Shown piece by piece: positions 37,577 to 50,052 of a stretch of DNA of 64,000 nt. Location: NCBI RefSeq assembly GCF_003790525.1, contig NZ_CP033635.1, one strand, 5' to 3'. The notes beneath the pieces are model-generated. The model was given only the letters and a program-made list of their open reading frames with translations. It did not search any database and was not told the DNA's origin. This stretch comes from Escherichia coli. GTDB lineage: Bacteria; Pseudomonadota; Gammaproteobacteria; Enterobacterales; Enterobacteriaceae. The position numbers were made by a program, and so were the translations under genes. How positions within the stretch are numbered: position 1 is the first letter of the stretch; each line of letters starts with the position of its first letter.

Positions 37577-40500
37577 AAATTCTCAGCCTGCGCCTGAAAA
37601 ACCTGAACTCATTAAAAGGCGAATGGAAGATTGATTTCACCCGCGAGCCGTTCGCCAGCAACGGGCTGTTTGCTATTACCGGCCCAACCGGTGCGGGGAA
37701 AACCACCCTGCTGGACGCCATTTGTCTGGCGCTGTATCACGAAACCCCGCGCCTCTCTAACGTTTCACAATCGCAAAATGATCTCATGACTCGCGATACC
37801 GCCGAATGTCTGGCGGAAGTGGAGTTTGAAGTCAAAGGTGAAGCGTATCGCGCGTTCTGGAGCCAGAATCGGGCGCGTAACCAGCCGGACGGTAATTTGC
37901 AGGTGCCACGCGTAGAGCTGGCGCGCTGCGCAGACGGCAAAATTCTCGCCGACAAAGTGAAAGATAAGCTGGAACTGACGGCGACGTTAACCGGACTGGA
38001 TTACGGGCGCTTCACCCGTTCGATGCTGCTTTCGCAGGGGCAATTTGCTGCCTTCCTGAATGCCAAACCCAAAGAACGCGCGGAATTGCTCGAGGAGTTA
38101 ACCGGCACTGAAATCTACGGGAAAATCTCTGCGATGGTTTTTGAGCAGCACAAATCGGCCCGCACAGAGCTGGAGAAGCTGCAAGCGCAGGCCAGCGGCG
38201 TCGCGTTGCTCACGCCAGAACAAGTGCAATCGCTGACAGCGAGTTTGCAGGTACTTACTGACGAAGAAAAACAGTTAATTACCGCGCAGCAGCAAGAACA
38301 ACAATCGCTAAACTGGTTAACGCGTCTGGACGAATTGCAGCAAGAAGGCAGCCGCCGTCAACAGGCCTTGCAACAGGCATTAGCCGAAGAAGAAAAAGCG
38401 CAACCTCAACTGGCGGCGCTCAGTCTGGCACAACCGGCACGAAATCTTCGTCCACACTGGGAACGCATCGCAGAACACAGCGCGGCGCTGGCGCATACTC
38501 GCCAGCAGATTGAAGAAGTAAATACTCGCTTACAGAGCACAATGGCGCTTCGGGCGAGCATTCGCCACCACGCGGCGAAGCAGTCAGCAGAATTACAGCA
38601 GCAGCAACAAAGTCTGAATGCCTGGTTACAGGAACACGACCGCTTCCGTCAGTGGAACAACGAACTGGCGGGTTGGCGTGCGCAGTTCTCCCAACAAACC
38701 AGCGATCGCGAGCATCTGCGGCAATGGCAGCAACAGTTAACCCATGCAGAGCAAAAACTTAATGCGCTTGCGGCGATTACGTTGACGTTAACCGCCGATG
38801 AAGTTGCTAGCGCCCTGGCGCAACATGCCGAGCAACGCCCACTGCGTCAGCGCCTGGTCGCGCTGCATGGACAGATTGTTCCCCAACAAAAACGTCTGGC
38901 GCAGTTACAGGTCGCTATCCAGAATGTCACTCTGGAACAGACGCAACGTAACGCCGCACTTAACGAAATGCGCCAGCGTTATAAAGAAAAGATGCAGCAA
39001 CTTGCCGATGTCAAAACCATTTGCGAGCAGGAAGCACGCATCAAAACGCTGGAAGCCCAGCGCGCGCAGTTACAGGCGGGTCAGCCTTGTCCACTTTGTG
39101 GTTCCACCAGCCACCCGGCGGTCGAGGCGTATCAGGCGCTGGAGCCTGGCGTTAATCAGGCCCGGCTATTAACGCTGGAAAAAGAAGTGAAAAAGCTCGG
39201 CGAAGAAGGTGCGGCGCTACGTGGGCAACTGGATGCATTAACGAAGCAGCTTCAGCGCGATGAAAACGAAGCGCAAAGCCTCCGACAAGATGAGCAAGCA
39301 CTTACTCAACAATGGCAAGCCGTCACGGCCAGCCTCAATATCACCCTGCAGCCACAGGACGATATTCAACCGTGGCTAGATGCACAAGATGAGCACGAAC
39401 GCCAGCTGCGGTTACTCAGCCAACGGCATGAATTACAAGGGCAGATTGCCGCGCATAATCAGCAAATTATCCAGTATCAACAGCAAATTGAACAACGCCA
39501 GCAGCAACTCTTAACGGCATTGGCGGGTTATGCGCTGACATTGCCACAGGAAGATGAAGAAGAGAGCTGGTTGGCGGCGCGTCAGCAAGAAGCGCAGCGC
39601 TGGCAGCAACGCCAGAACGAATTAACCGCGCTGCAAAACCGTATTCAGCAACTGACGCCGATTCTGGAAACGTTGCCGCAAAGTGATGAACTCCCGCACT
39701 GCGAAGAAACTGTGGTACTGGAAAACTGGCGGCAGGTACATGAACAATGTCTCGCACTACACAGCCAGCAACAGACGTTACAGCAACAGGACGTTCTGGC
39801 GGCGCAAAGTCTGCAAAAAGCCCAGGCGCAGTTTGACACCGCGCTACAGGCGAGCGTCTTTGACGATCAACAGGCGTTCCTTGCGGCGCTAATGGATGAA
39901 CAAACACTAACGCAGCTGGAACAGCTCAAGCAGAATCTGGAAAACCAGCGCCGTCAGGCGCAAACGCTGGTCACTCAGACAGCAGAAGCGCTGGCACAGC
40001 ATCAGCAACACCGACCTGACGGCCTGGATCTCAGTGTGACGGTGGAGCAGATTCAGCAAGAGTTAGCGCAAACTCAGCAAAAGTTGCGTGAAAATACCAC
40101 CAGTCAGGGCGAGATTCGCCAGCAGCTGAAGCAGGATGCAGACAACCGTCAGCAACAACAAACCTTAATGCAGCAAATTGCTCAAATGACGCAGCAGGTT
40201 GAGGACTGGGGATATCTGAATTCGCTAATAGGTTCCAAAGAGGGCGATAAATTCCGCAAGTTTGCCCAGGGGCTGACGCTGGATAATTTAGTCCATCTCG
40301 CTAATCAGCAACTTACCCGGCTGCACGGGCGCTATCTGTTACAGCGCAAAGCCAGCGAGGCGCTGGAAGTCGAGGTTGTTGATACCTGGCAGGCAGATGC
40401 GGTACGCGATACCCGTACCCTTTCCGGCGGCGAAAGTTTCCTCGTCAGTCTGGCGCTGGCGCTGGCGCTTTCGGATCTGGTCAGCCATAAAACGCGTATT

Positions 40501-40716
40501 GACTCGCTGTTCCTTGATGAAGGTTTTGGCACGCTGGATAGCGAAACGCTGGATACCGCCCTTGATGCGCTGGATGCCCTGAATGCCAGTGGCAAAACCA
40601 TCGGTGTGATTAGCCACGTTGAAGCGATGAAAGAGCGTATTCCGGTGCAGATCAAAGTGAAAAAGATCAACGGCCTGGGCTACAGCAAACTGGAAAGTGC
40701 GTTTGCAGTGAAATAA
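37573..40716 (+). CDS. sbcC: Nuclease SbcCD subunit C (SMC-like ATPase)
   Basis: 1047 aa with N-terminal Walker A (GPTGAGKTT), long Q-rich coiled coil, central CPLCGS hook and C-terminal signature/Walker B ([17 protein letters not shown]...[11 protein letters not shown]). Confidence 0.95.
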   Translation: MKILSLRLKNLNSLKGEWKIDFTREPFASNGLFAITGPTGAGKTTLLDAICLALYHETPRLSNVSQSQNDLMTRDTAECLAEVEFEVKGEAYRAFWSQNRARNQPDGNLQVPRVELARCADGKILADKVKDKLELTATLTGLDYGRFTRSMLLSQGQFAAFLNAKPKERAELLEELTGTEIYGKISAMVFEQHKSARTELEKLQAQASGVALLTPEQVQSLTASLQVLTDEEKQLITAQQQEQQSLNWLTRLDELQQEGSRRQQALQQALAEEEKAQPQLAALSLAQPARNLRPHWERIAEHSAALAHTRQQIEEVNTRLQSTMALRASIRHHAAKQSAELQQQQQSLNAWLQEHDRFRQWNNELAGWRAQFSQQTSDREHLRQWQQQLTHAEQKLNALAAITLTLTADEVASALAQHAEQRPLRQRLVALHGQIVPQQKRLAQLQVAIQNVTLEQTQRNAALNEMRQRYKEKMQQLADVKTICEQEARIKTLEAQRAQLQAGQPCPLCGSTSHPAVEAYQALEPGVNQARLLTLEKEVKKLGEEGAALRGQLDALTKQLQRDENEAQSLRQDEQALTQQWQAVTASLNITLQPQDDIQPWLDAQDEHERQLRLLSQRHELQGQIAAHNQQIIQYQQQIEQRQQQLLTALAGYALTLPQEDEEESWLAARQQEAQRWQQRQNELTALQNRIQQLTPILETLPQSDELPHCEETVVLENWRQVHEQCLALHSQQQTLQQQDVLAAQSLQKAQAQFDTALQASVFDDQQAFLAALMDEQTLTQLEQLKQNLENQRRQAQTLVTQTAEALAQHQQHRPDGLDLSVTVEQIQQELAQTQQKLRENTTSQGEIRQQLKQDADNRQQQQTLMQQIAQMTQQVEDWGYLNSLIGSKEGDKFRKFAQGLTLDNLVHLANQQLTRLHGRYLLQRKASEALEVEVVDTWQADAVRDTRTLSGGESFLVSLALALALSDLVSHKTRIDSLFLDEGFGTLDSETLDTALDALDALNASGKTIGVISHVEAMKERIPVQIKVKKINGLGYSKLESAFAVK

Positions 40717-40841
40717 CTATTCAGCAGGATAATGAATACAGAGGGGCGAATTATCTCTTGGCCTCGCTGGTCGTTATCCTGCAAGCTATCACTTTATTGG
40801 CTACGGTGATTAGTAGCCGTTCTGGTGGTTGTGATGGTGGT

Positions 40842-42026
40842 ATGAAAAAAGTCATTTTATCTTTGGCTCTGGGCACGTTTGGTTTGGGGATGGCCGAATT
40901 TGGCATTATGGGCGTGCTCACGGAGCTGGCGCATAACGTAGGAATTTCGATTCCTGCTGCCGGGCATATGATCTCGTATTATGCGCTGGGGGTGGTGGTC
41001 GGTGCGCCAATCATCGCACTCTTTTCCAGCCGCTACTCACTCAAACATATCTTATTGTTTCTGGTGGCGTTGTGCGTCATTGGCAACGCCATGTTCACGC
41101 TCTCTTCGTCTTACCTGATGCTCGCCATTGGTCGGCTGGTATCCGGCTTTCCGCATGGCGCATTTTTTGGCGTCGGCGCGATCGTGTTATCAAAAATTAT
41201 CAAACCCGGAAAAGTCACCGCCGCCGTGGCGGGGATGGTTTCCGGGATGACAGTCGCCAATTTGCTGGGCATTCCGCTGGGAACGTATTTAAGTCAGGAA
41301 TTTAGCTGGCGTTACACCTTTTTATTGATCGCTGTTTTTAATATTGTGGTGATGGCATCGGTCTATTTTTGGGTGCCGGATATTCGCGACGAAGCGAAAG
41401 GAAAGCTGCGCGAACAATTTCACTTTTTACGCAGCCCGGCCCCGTGGTTAATTTTCGCCGCCACCATGTTTGGCAACGCAGGTGTATTTGCCTGGTTCAG
41501 CTACGTAAAGCCATACATGATGTTTATTTCCGGTTTTTCGGAAACGGCGATGACCTTTATTATGATGTTAGTGGGGCTAGGGATGGTGCTGGGGAATGTG
41601 CTAAGTGGCCGAATTTCAGGACGTTATTCACCACTGCGCATTGCAGCAGTGACTGACTTTATCATTGTACTGGCACTGCTGATGCTCTTTTTCTGCGGCG
41701 GCATGAAAATAACGTCGCTTATTTTTGCTTTTATTTGTTGCGCGGGATTATTTGCCCTTTCAGCACCTCTGCAAATATTGTTACTGCAAAACGCCAAAGG
41801 CGGAGAGTTATTAGGTGCCGCAGGTGGGCAAATAGCGTTTAACCTCGGTAGCGCCGTCGGCGCATATTGCGGTGGTATGATGCTGACGCTGGGGCTGGCA
41901 TATAATTACGTGGCGCTGCCTGCCGCCCTGCTTTCGTTTGCTGCGATGTCGTCGTTGCTGCTGTATGGTCGCTATAAGCGCCAGCAAGCGGCGGATAGTC
42001 CGGTGCTGGCGAAACCACTGGGGTAG
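40842..42026 (+). CDS. araJ: MFS transporter AraJ
   Basis: 394 aa from ATG 40842 (MKKVILSLALGTFGLGMAEFGIMGVL); the track ORF is over-extended upstream. Confidence 0.88.
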   Translation: MKKVILSLALGTFGLGMAEFGIMGVLTELAHNVGISIPAAGHMISYYALGVVVGAPIIALFSSRYSLKHILLFLVALCVIGNAMFTLSSSYLMLAIGRLVSGFPHGAFFGVGAIVLSKIIKPGKVTAAVAGMVSGMTVANLLGIPLGTYLSQEFSWRYTFLLIAVFNIVVMASVYFWVPDIRDEAKGKLREQFHFLRSPAPWLIFAATMFGNAGVFAWFSYVKPYMMFISGFSETAMTFIMMLVGLGMVLGNVLSGRISGRYSPLRIAAVTDFIIVLALLMLFFCGGMKITSLIFAFICCAGLFALSAPLQILLLQNAKGGELLGAAGGQIAFNLGSAVGAYCGGMMLTLGLAYNYVALPAALLSFAAMSSLLLYGRYKRQQAADSPVLAKPLG

Positions 42027-42053
42027 ATTACTGTCACGTTGCGCGTTGCTTAT

Positions 42054-42150
42054 TGCCGGATGCGGCATGAACGCGTTATCGGCCTGCGTTTCCGGCACAT
42101 TTTGCAGGCCTGATAAGACGCGGCAAGCGTCGCATCAGGCATGATGCGCC
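42054..42150. repeat. REP/BIME-type palindromic repeat cluster between araJ and mak
   Basis: Two REP-like units (gccggatgcggcatgaacgcgttatcggcctg and aggcctgataagacgcggcaagcgtcgcatcaggc) in inverted orientation. Confidence 0.6.
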
Positions 42151-42165
42151 AATTGCCTGGGTTTT

Positions 42166-43074
42166 TTACTCTTGTGGCCATAACCACGCAGCGCCGCGTA
42201 CGCCGCTGGAATCACCGTGCTTCGCCTTACGCACCGGCGTTTCACATTCGCCGCCGAAGACAAATTGTTTAATCAACTGCGGAACCGTTTGATATAAACG
42301 GTCTACATTGCTCATCCCGCCCCCCAGGACAATCACATCCGGATCGAGAATATTCACGACATGTGCCAGCGATTTTGCCAGCCGCAGCTCGTAGCGACGC
42401 AATGCCAGTTCCGCTACCGGATCGCTTTCTTCAACCAGGCGGATAATTTCACTGCCTTTCAGCGCATGTCCGCTCAAACGATGATAATCCGTCGCGAATC
42501 CCGTGCCCGAAATAAAGGTTTCAATACAACCTTGTTTACCGCAATAACAAGGGACTTCCTCGCGATAACGCAGTTCGTCTTCGTCCATCCACGGTAGCGG
42601 ATTGTGCCCCCACTCGCCTGCCGTGCCATTGCCGCCGATATGCGCCCGCCCATTGAATGCCACGCCCGCGCCGCATCCCGTGCCGATAATCACGGCAAAT
42701 ACCGTCTGTGCTCCCGCTGCCGCGCCATCTACTGCTTCTGAAACCGCCAGACAGTTGGCGTCATTTGCCAGCCGCACTTCCCGCTGCAACCGCGCGCTTA
42801 AGTCTTTATCGAATGGCTGACCGTTAAGCCAGGTTGAATTGGCATTCTTCACCACACCGGTGTAGGGCGAAATCGAACCAGGAATGCCCATACCTACCGT
42901 TCCGCGCTGCCCTGTCGCCTGCTCCGCCATATCAACCAACGTGGCGATCGTTTCAATAGTCTGCCGGTAATCATCACGCGGCGTGGGCAGACGATGGCGG
43001 TACAACTGCTCCCCTGCATCGCCCAGTGCAATCACTTCAGTTTTGGTGCCGCCTAAATCGATACCTATACGCAC
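42166..43074 (-). CDS. mak: Fructokinase / mannokinase (ROK family)
   Basis: 302 aa from GTG 43074, (M)[13 protein letters not shown]...; ROK family with cysteine-rich zinc motif. Confidence 0.88.
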   Translation of the reverse strand: MRIGIDLGGTKTEVIALGDAGEQLYRHRLPTPRDDYRQTIETIATLVDMAEQATGQRGTVGMGIPGSISPYTGVVKNANSTWLNGQPFDKDLSARLQREVRLANDANCLAVSEAVDGAAAGAQTVFAVIIGTGCGAGVAFNGRAHIGGNGTAGEWGHNPLPWMDEDELRYREEVPCYCGKQGCIETFISGTGFATDYHRLSGHALKGSEIIRLVEESDPVAELALRRYELRLAKSLAHVVNILDPDVIVLGGGMSNVDRLYQTVPQLIKQFVFGGECETPVRKAKHGDSSGVRGAAWLWPQE

Positions 43075-43198
43075 GGTACTCTCCTTATTTTTTTCAATAT
43101 CAATAGCGTAGAGACGGACAACCGGATTGGCAATGCAAGGCCGCCGACAATTCGTTATCATGCCCGCTAAATTTAACGACAAGGCCGTGGAAATTATC

Positions 43199-44110
43199 AT
43201 GCTGTGGTTCAAAAATTTAATGGTTTACCGTCTTAGCCGCGAGATTTCGTTGCGTGCAGAAGAGATGGAAAAACAGCTAGCCTCAATGGCATTTACCCCA
43301 TGCGGCAGCCAGGACATGGCGAAGATGGGCTGGGTTCCTCCGATGGGATCGCACAGCGATGCGTTAACGCACGTTGCCAATGGTCAAATTGTTATCTGCG
43401 CGCGCAAAGAAGAAAAAATCCTCCCGTCTCCGGTGATTAAACAGGCGCTGGAAGCGAAAATCGCCAAACTGGAAGCGGAACAGGCGCGTAAGCTGAAGAA
43501 AACCGAAAAAGATTCGCTGAAAGACGAAGTGCTGCACTCTCTGCTGCCGCGTGCTTTCAGCCGTTTTAGCCAGACAATGATGTGGATCGACACGGTTAAC
43601 GGTTTGATTATGGTGGACTGCGCCAGCGCCAAAAAAGCGGAAGATACGCTGGCACTGTTGCGTAAAAGCCTGGGGTCGTTACCGGTTGTACCATTGAGCA
43701 TGGAAAACCCGATTGAACTGACGCTGACCGAATGGGTACGTTCCGGCAGCACGGCACAGGGTTTCCAGCTGCTTGATGAAGCCGAGCTGAAATCGTTGCT
43801 GGAAGATGGCGGCGTGATCCGCGCGAAGAAACAAGATCTGACCAGCGAAGAGATCACCAACCACATTGAAGCCGGAAAAGTGGTGACTAAACTGGCGCTT
43901 GACTGGCAGCAGCGCATTCAGTTTGTGATGTGCGACGATGGTTCGCTCAAGCGTCTGAAGTTTTGCGACGAGCTGCGCGATCAAAACGAAGATATCGACC
44001 GTGAAGATTTCGCCCAGCGCTTTGATGCCGATTTCATCCTGATGACTGGTGAACTGGCAGCGTTAATTCAAAACCTGATTGAAGGATTAGGTGGCGAAGC
44101 ACAACGTTAA
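43199..44110 (+). CDS. rdgC: Recombination-associated protein RdgC
   Basis: 303 aa from ATG 43199, [28 protein letters not shown]... Confidence 0.93.
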   Translation: MLWFKNLMVYRLSREISLRAEEMEKQLASMAFTPCGSQDMAKMGWVPPMGSHSDALTHVANGQIVICARKEEKILPSPVIKQALEAKIAKLEAEQARKLKKTEKDSLKDEVLHSLLPRAFSRFSQTMMWIDTVNGLIMVDCASAKKAEDTLALLRKSLGSLPVVPLSMENPIELTLTEWVRSGSTAQGFQLLDEAELKSLLEDGGVIRAKKQDLTSEEITNHIEAGKVVTKLALDWQQRIQFVMCDDGSLKRLKFCDELRDQNEDIDREDFAQRFDADFILMTGELAALIQNLIEGLGGEAQR

Positions 44111-44129
44111 TTGCTGATTTGCCTTTAAT

Positions 44130-44166
44130 GCCGGATGCGACGCCTGCGGCGTCTTATCCGGCGTAC
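44130..44166. repeat. REP element downstream of rdgC
   Basis: gccggatgcgacgcctgcggcgtcttatccggc REP-like palindrome. Confidence 0.6.
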
Positions 44167-44267
44167 GAATCCACACCAGGCATATAATCATTCGCTACGG
44201 CGGGCAATAATTTTTAGCGCAGCAATATTATGCGTTTTACGCTGTAACTTGCTCCAGGGGCGTTGTT

Positions 44268-44546
44268 TCATTGTTTTTCCTCAAGCCGGTGACGCGCTTC
44301 ACTGCGAATTTTCCGCGTTGCCCCGATTTTCACTAAATCCCGTAACTGCGAAAGAGCGGGTTGATCGACAAATAAAAGTAATGATGGCTCCTCTTTTAGC
44401 CACGCCGTTTTCACATCGGCAGCCAGCTGTGGATTATTAATAGCCAGCGACCGATCCTGAGACTCAGTCAATGTCGTTAACAACACCGGGGTATGTGCGT
44501 TGCGCAATGCCGTTTGGCGCAAATGAACATTGCGACTTTGCAGCAA
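44268..44546 (-). CDS. Small hypothetical protein (possibly ykiA-like); may be non-coding
   Basis: 92-aa ORF in the rdgC-ppnP intergenic region; no recognisable motif. Position matches where I recall a small hypothetical gene (ykiA) in K-12. Confidence 0.25.
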   Translation of the reverse strand: MLQSRNVHLRQTALRNAHTPVLLTTLTESQDRSLAINNPQLAADVKTAWLKEEPSLLLFVDQPALSQLRDLVKIGATRKIRSEARHRLEEKQ

Positions 44547-44753
44547 TGCACGCCACCATTCATCATCTGATTTATCTTTTATCGTCGCCAGTTCCGCAAC
44601 AATATCTGGAGATCTTCGCTGATATTTATATCAACCTTGATGAATTATGAATATATCGGAAATCGAAAAAATCCCAGCAAAGGAAATATTATTATGGGTT
44701 AAAGAGAGGACATTTCAGAAAAATGCCCTCCCGTTCAAGGGGAAGGCGAGGAA

Positions 44754-45038
44754 TTACAGATAGCGGCACAGATAAGAGGTGGGTTCGGCAACTTGCAGAT
44801 GAAACTCGCTGTGACCGGGAACATTAAACACCGAACCGGCTTCATACACTTGCCAGTCGGTCGCGTCAGGCAGTAACACATTCAGCGCGCCACTGATTAC
44901 CGTCATCTCTTCAGGCTCAGCGGTGCTGAAGGTGTATTCACCTTCAACCATAACACCCACGCTGGCGCGACCAGTGCTGCTGCTGGAAAAGCCGATCGAT
45001 TTCACTTTGCCGGAAAAGTACTCATTACTTTGAAGCAT
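44754..45038 (-). CDS. ppnP: Pyrimidine/purine nucleoside phosphorylase PpnP (YaiE)
   Basis: 94 aa, [17 protein letters not shown]...; small cupin-like DUF1255 family. Confidence 0.9.
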
Positions 45039-45109
45039 AAACTGGCCCTGTCTGGTAGTTGAACATCTACTTCACTATAGGGGCCAGAGGCGCTGGCTGT
45101 CACGCAAAA

Positions 45110-45787
45110 TTACACCAGTAATTCCGCAGCCAGCCGTGCAATCAATACGTTAGAGAGCAAGACAGGAACATCGAGCTGTTTTTGCAGTAAATCGCGATGA
45201 CGCTGGTTAAATCCCAAACAATCCAGCATGATGACATCTGCACCTTTTGCCAGTAATTCTTTCCCGGCATCAATGATTTTTTGTTCCGAATCATGAATGG
45301 GGTTACCCAATGAAAATACTGGCGGTTTCTGCAAAATTTGCCATTTTTGCGCCTGAACGGTCAGCAACTCCTCAACCGGTACGATAACCCCCACCTGATG
45401 ATCTTCAACAATAGAGGAAACTAGCGGAGGCAATATTCGCGACGGCTCAAGAAAGATCGTATTACGCGCAGTCATACTACTAATGTTTGCTGTACTCATT
45501 AATAAAATGACGTCATAACCCTGATTATCGAGCACTTCAACCACACCTTGCAGGTCTCGTTCCACTTTGCGACGCGAAACATGGGCCAGCTGGTTGTCAT
45601 TTAATAATGTGAGAATTGTGTCTTCACCTGCTTCTGGCGCGTACTCCGCCATCACTTCTTCGCGGCTTAACTTCCCCAGCAGGCTATGATGGGAAATATT
45701 ATCTTCGTCAATGTATTCTGTCAGGAGCGGCAAAACTTCCTGCATAGGTACAATGCCGATGGTCAGGATCGCCAACGACGCACTCAT
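45110..45787 (-). CDS. aroM: AroM protein
   Basis: 225 aa, [45 protein letters not shown]... Confidence 0.9.
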   Translation of the reverse strand: MSASLAILTIGIVPMQEVLPLLTEYIDEDNISHHSLLGKLSREEVMAEYAPEAGEDTILTLLNDNQLAHVSRRKVERDLQGVVEVLDNQGYDVILLMSTANISSMTARNTIFLEPSRILPPLVSSIVEDHQVGVIVPVEELLTVQAQKWQILQKPPVFSLGNPIHDSEQKIIDAGKELLAKGADVIMLDCLGFNQRHRDLLQKQLDVPVLLSNVLIARLAAELLV

Positions 45788-46044
45788 TGTTCTTCCACCT
45801 TACTTTTATTTCGTCGTTAATTACCGGGCAAGCGCTAAGCACCACTGCTGACACTTACCTGTGCTACAAATGACAAAAAGCGTAGCAGCAGACCTGCACG
45901 GCATAATGTAAAGATTCCAAATGATTCCAGTAATGGATTGTTATTGTTTAATATTCTAATTATTTGAAAAACATGAATTGTGAAAAATGTGACGCAGATC
46001 CCTTGTGGTGGCACTCAGAATCCCTTCCGAGCAGTCTGATGCGG

Positions 46045-46245
<201 letters not shown>

Positions 46246-46285
46246 TTATTTCACGGGATGAACGTTAAGTATAGGCGCTCGAAAA

Positions 46286-46810
46286 TCAACAATTGATCGT
46301 CTGTGCCAGGGCGCTGCGAATTTCAGAAATCACCTGGCTGGGTTCGTTTGTTGCGTCGATGATAATATGCGCAACTTCGCGATATAGCGCATCGCGTTCT
46401 TCCAGCACTTCCTGAACTTCTTCGCTCAGCGGTTTCCCCGTTAAGGTTGGCCGTAAATCTTCTTCCGGTGCAGCTTGCAGTCGGTTAACCAGGACTGATA
46501 CTGGCGCACACAAATAAACCACGATCCCGTTATTTTGCATAAAGTGACGATTAAATTCCGTCAGGATAATGCCGCCGCCCGTGGCGATAACGGTGGATGG
46601 CGCAGTTACCGCTTCCAACGCCGCCGTTTCTCTGGCGCGGAATCCCGCCCACTCTTCCCTTTCGACGATCTCCGCGACCGTCATATTGAGCTGTGATTGC
46701 AACCACTGGTCGGTATCGACAAATCGACGGTTAAGCGAATCGGCAAGGGCCATTCCGACCGTTGTTTTACCACAGCCCCGAGGCCCGATCAGAAAAAGAG
46801 GTTGTGTCAT
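46286..46810 (-). CDS. aroL: Shikimate kinase II
   Basis: 174 aa, [26 protein letters not shown]... with P-loop. Confidence 0.95.
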
Positions 46811-46992
46811 CGTGGGTTTTCCCCAATAGGTCGCAATGCGGCGAAAGCCGGTGTCATGAGAATAGCGATCATACCATCAAACTAGTACAATTTCGATTGT
46901 AAAGAAAAAATTCCACTTAAAGTGAAAATTTTAATACATCCCTTACTATACCAATAAATTTTCAAGAATGAAGTGTAAATAATAAATTACAT

Positions 46993-47451
46993 TTAGCCAC
47001 GACTACGTTGCACTTCCAGCCACCACTTCTCCAGCTCCGCGGCAAAGGCCTGGCGGTCACGTTGTGAAAGGCTATCTGGTCCCCCGGTCTGGATCCCACT
47101 GGCGCGTAAGGTATCCATAAAATCGCGCATCGTCAGGCGCTCACGAATGGTCGCTGGTGTGTAACGTTCGCCGCGAGGATTAAGCGCCGCCGCGCCTTTC
47201 TCGATGGCTTCAGCAGCCAAAGGTATATCTGCGGTGATCACCAAATCGCCCGCTTCACACTGCCGGACAATTTCGTTATCGGCAACGTCGAAACCTGCCG
47301 CGACGCGCAGCGTACGAATAAATCGCGATGGCGGCACGCGTAAACTCTGGTTTGCTACCAGTACCAGCGGCATCTGCATACGTTCCGCCGCGCGATACAA
47401 AATCTCTTTAATTACATTGGGACACGCGTCGGCATCCACCCAAATTGTCAT
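46993..47451 (-). CDS. yaiI: UPF0178 protein YaiI
   Basis: 152 aa from ATG 47451, [26 protein letters not shown]...; the track ORF is over-extended. Confidence 0.88.
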   Translation of the reverse strand: MTIWVDADACPNVIKEILYRAAERMQMPLVLVANQSLRVPPSRFIRTLRVAAGFDVADNEIVRQCEAGDLVITADIPLAAEAIEKGAAALNPRGERYTPATIRERLTMRDFMDTLRASGIQTGGPDSLSQRDRQAFAAELEKWWLEVQRSRG

Positions 47452-47570
47452 AAAGTCATCCTTTGTTGGGTAATCCTCTATTGTGTCGCGCTTTTGCCTT
47501 CCGGCATAGTTCTGTTTATGCTTCTGCCAGCGATTATCAAAACAATGAATTTCACGGCAGGAGTGAGGCA

Positions 47571-48380
47571 ATGGAAAAGAAAATCGGTTTTATTGGCTGC
47601 GGCAATATGGGAAAAGCCATTCTCGGCGGTCTGATTGCCAGCGGTCAGGTGCTTCCAGGGCAAATCTGGGTATATACCCCCTCCCCGGATAAAGTCGCCG
47701 CCCTGCATGACCAGTTCGGCATCAACGCCGCAGAATCGGCGCAAGAAGTAGCGCAAATCGCCGACATCATTTTTGCCGCCGTTAAACCTGGCATCATGAT
47801 TAAAGTGCTTAGCGAAATCACCTCCAGCCTGAATAAAGACTCTCTGGTCGTTTCTATTGCTGCAGGTATCACACTCGACCAGCTTGCCCGCGCGCTGGGC
47901 CATGACCGGAAAATTATCCGCGCCATGCCGAACACTCCCGCGCTGGTTAATGCCGGGATGACCTCCGTAACGCCAAACGCGCTGGTAACCCCAGAAGATA
48001 CCGCTGATGTGCTGAATATTTTCCGCTGCTTTGGCGAAGCGGAAGTAATTGCCGAGCCGATGATCCACCCGGTGGTCGGTGTGAGCGGTTCTTCGCCAGC
48101 CTACGTCTTTATGTTTATCGAAGCGATGGCCGACGCCGCCGTGCTGGGCGGGATGCCACGCGCCCAGGCGTATAAATTTGCCGCTCAGGCGGTAATGGGT
48201 TCCGCAAAAATGGTGCTGGAAACGGGAGAACATCCAGGGGCACTGAAAGATATGGTCTGCTCACCGGGAGGCACCACCATTGAGGCGGTACGCGTACTGG
48301 AAGAGAAAGGCTTCCGTGCCGCAGTGATCGAAGCGATGACGAAGTGTATGGAAAAATCAGAAAAACTCAGTAAATCCTGA
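47571..48380 (+). CDS. proC: Pyrroline-5-carboxylate reductase
   Basis: 269 aa from ATG 47571, [25 protein letters not shown]... Confidence 0.95.
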   Translation: MEKKIGFIGCGNMGKAILGGLIASGQVLPGQIWVYTPSPDKVAALHDQFGINAAESAQEVAQIADIIFAAVKPGIMIKVLSEITSSLNKDSLVVSIAAGITLDQLARALGHDRKIIRAMPNTPALVNAGMTSVTPNALVTPEDTADVLNIFRCFGEAEVIAEPMIHPVVGVSGSSPAYVFMFIEAMADAAVLGGMPRAQAYKFAAQAVMGSAKMVLETGEHPGALKDMVCSPGGTTIEAVRVLEEKGFRAAVIEAMTKCMEKSEKLSKS

Positions 48381-48396
48381 TGACTTTTGCCGGACG

Positions 48397-49512
48397 TCAG
48401 GCCGCCACTTCGGTGCGGTTACGTCCGGCTTTCTTTGCTTTGTAAAGCGCCAAATCTGCCGATTTCAACCACTCACGATAGTGACTCATTTGTGGGTTCA
48501 GCGGCGCAACCCCCACACTAATCCGTAAAGTTACCTGTGGCGTATTCGGCAGACGTAATGTATTTAGCCCTTCATGCACTCGTAACATGGCGGTAATGGC
48601 GCTCTCAGCTGGCGTACCGGACATGATTACCGCAAACTCATCGCCGCCAAACCGACCAATCACATCGCTACCGCGCAGGGTTATTTGTAACTGTCGGGTA
48701 AGCGCCACAATCGCTTCATCGCCCACATCATGGCCCCAGGTATCGTTGATGCTCTTGAAATGGTCGATATCGATAATCAGTAATGTCGCATCGCGGTTAT
48801 GCCGCCGACAGTTATCAAATTCATTGCGTAACATAGTTTCCCAATGACGTCGGTTATACACGCCCGTCATACCGTCGCGGGTACTCATGACCTGCAACCT
48901 GCGTTTGTGTTCCGCCAGTTTAGTCGCCGTCTGGTAGCTGACCCAGCCAAACAGCAGAGGATAAATGACGATAATGGGAAGGGAGAGCCACCATTCCAGC
49001 GGCGCACTATTGAACGACACGGTGATGCCCGTCAGTTCGAGGGTGACAAGGCAGGAAACCACCATCAACACCAGACCCGCGACAAACAGACGGGGGCCGC
49101 CTGCCCCCATCAAATTCAGACACATAATCATCAACATCGCGGTGGAAGGCAGCACGTTTACGCCCATTACGCCTACCCACATTCCCGCTAATACTGCATC
49201 GGTTTTTAAGTTGTAAATTTCCCGGCTAAGCGGATCGACGGCCCTGCTCGCTATCTGCCAGGCTAAATGCGGCCAGACGAACGCCCAGCCGACCAACACC
49301 AGCCACCACCAGCCCGGCGGCGGGTGCGAAACCAGCGTTGAAGCAATCGGTAAGAACATGCCAGCCAGGCCAACCGCGCGGGGTAGTCTGACGCGACGAG
49401 CGAAGCGCAGCCCGGATCGCTGATGTTCGTTTTGAGGAGTTAAAGGAGGTTCCTCCCCATGCGCCGCCGCTTTTTTGAAAAAGTTTTCATCATTCATTAT
49501 TTTTGGGAACAT
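48397..49512 (-). CDS. adrA: Diguanylate cyclase AdrA/DgcC (GGDEF, membrane-anchored)
   Basis: 371 aa with N-terminal MASE2-type TM region and GGDEF active site (RFGGDEF). Confidence 0.92.
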   Translation of the reverse strand: MFPKIMNDENFFKKAAAHGEEPPLTPQNEHQRSGLRFARRVRLPRAVGLAGMFLPIASTLVSHPPPGWWWLVLVGWAFVWPHLAWQIASRAVDPLSREIYNLKTDAVLAGMWVGVMGVNVLPSTAMLMIMCLNLMGAGGPRLFVAGLVLMVVSCLVTLELTGITVSFNSAPLEWWLSLPIIVIYPLLFGWVSYQTATKLAEHKRRLQVMSTRDGMTGVYNRRHWETMLRNEFDNCRRHNRDATLLIIDIDHFKSINDTWGHDVGDEAIVALTRQLQITLRGSDVIGRFGGDEFAVIMSGTPAESAITAMLRVHEGLNTLRLPNTPQVTLRISVGVAPLNPQMSHYREWLKSADLALYKAKKAGRNRTEVAA

Positions 49513-49613
49513 TCAGAAACAATTTTCCCAAATTATAGAGACGGGGCTAAAGGCAGAAGTATGAAATTTCGGGTGAGCCATTTTCGTAGCTCACCCGTTA
49601 GCACTATCAGGTA

Positions 49614-49934
49614 TCAGGCGGCTTTCTTGAGGCAGGCGCTCATAAACTTATTACGATCATCACCTTTCAGAGATTGTTGCGTTGCTTGATTATTACATTC
49701 GCGCATCTTTTGCTGCTGTGGCGTCAAACTTTTTTCACCAGGCGCAGACTTGCTGTTCTTCAGGCAATCACTCATGTAGGTCTTACGAGCATCCCCTTTC
49801 AACGCCTGCGCCGTCGCCTGCTGATTACAGGAGGTCATACGCTGTTGTTGCGGGGTTAAGGTTCTCTCGGCAGCGCCGACGGTGGTTAAAAAAACCAGTC
49901 CGAAAAGCAAGGTAACCAGTAATGTTATTTTCAT
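49614..49934 (-). CDS. psiF: Phosphate starvation-inducible protein PsiF
   Basis: 106 aa from ATG 49934, MKITLLVTLLFGLVFLTTVGAAER...; two internal LTPQQQ(R/K)M repeats. Confidence 0.9.
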   Translation of the reverse strand: MKITLLVTLLFGLVFLTTVGAAERTLTPQQQRMTSCNQQATAQALKGDARKTYMSDCLKNSKSAPGEKSLTPQQQKMRECNNQATQQSLKGDDRNKFMSACLKKAA

Positions 49935-50052
49935 AGCACCATCCCTCTTCATGTTTTAACCATGAGCGTTTGCGCCCGTGATCTGCCATTAAGTCTGGTT
50001 GCTAACAGCAAAAAAACCACCCGACAGCGAAAATTCACCGCCGGGCGCGGTT

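Noticed and set aside
38200-40200. Highly repetitive Gln/Leu/Ala-rich coding sequence, superficially like a tandem repeat array
   Set aside because: This is the coiled-coil arm of SbcC, low-complexity at protein level but not a DNA tandem repeat or CRISPR array.
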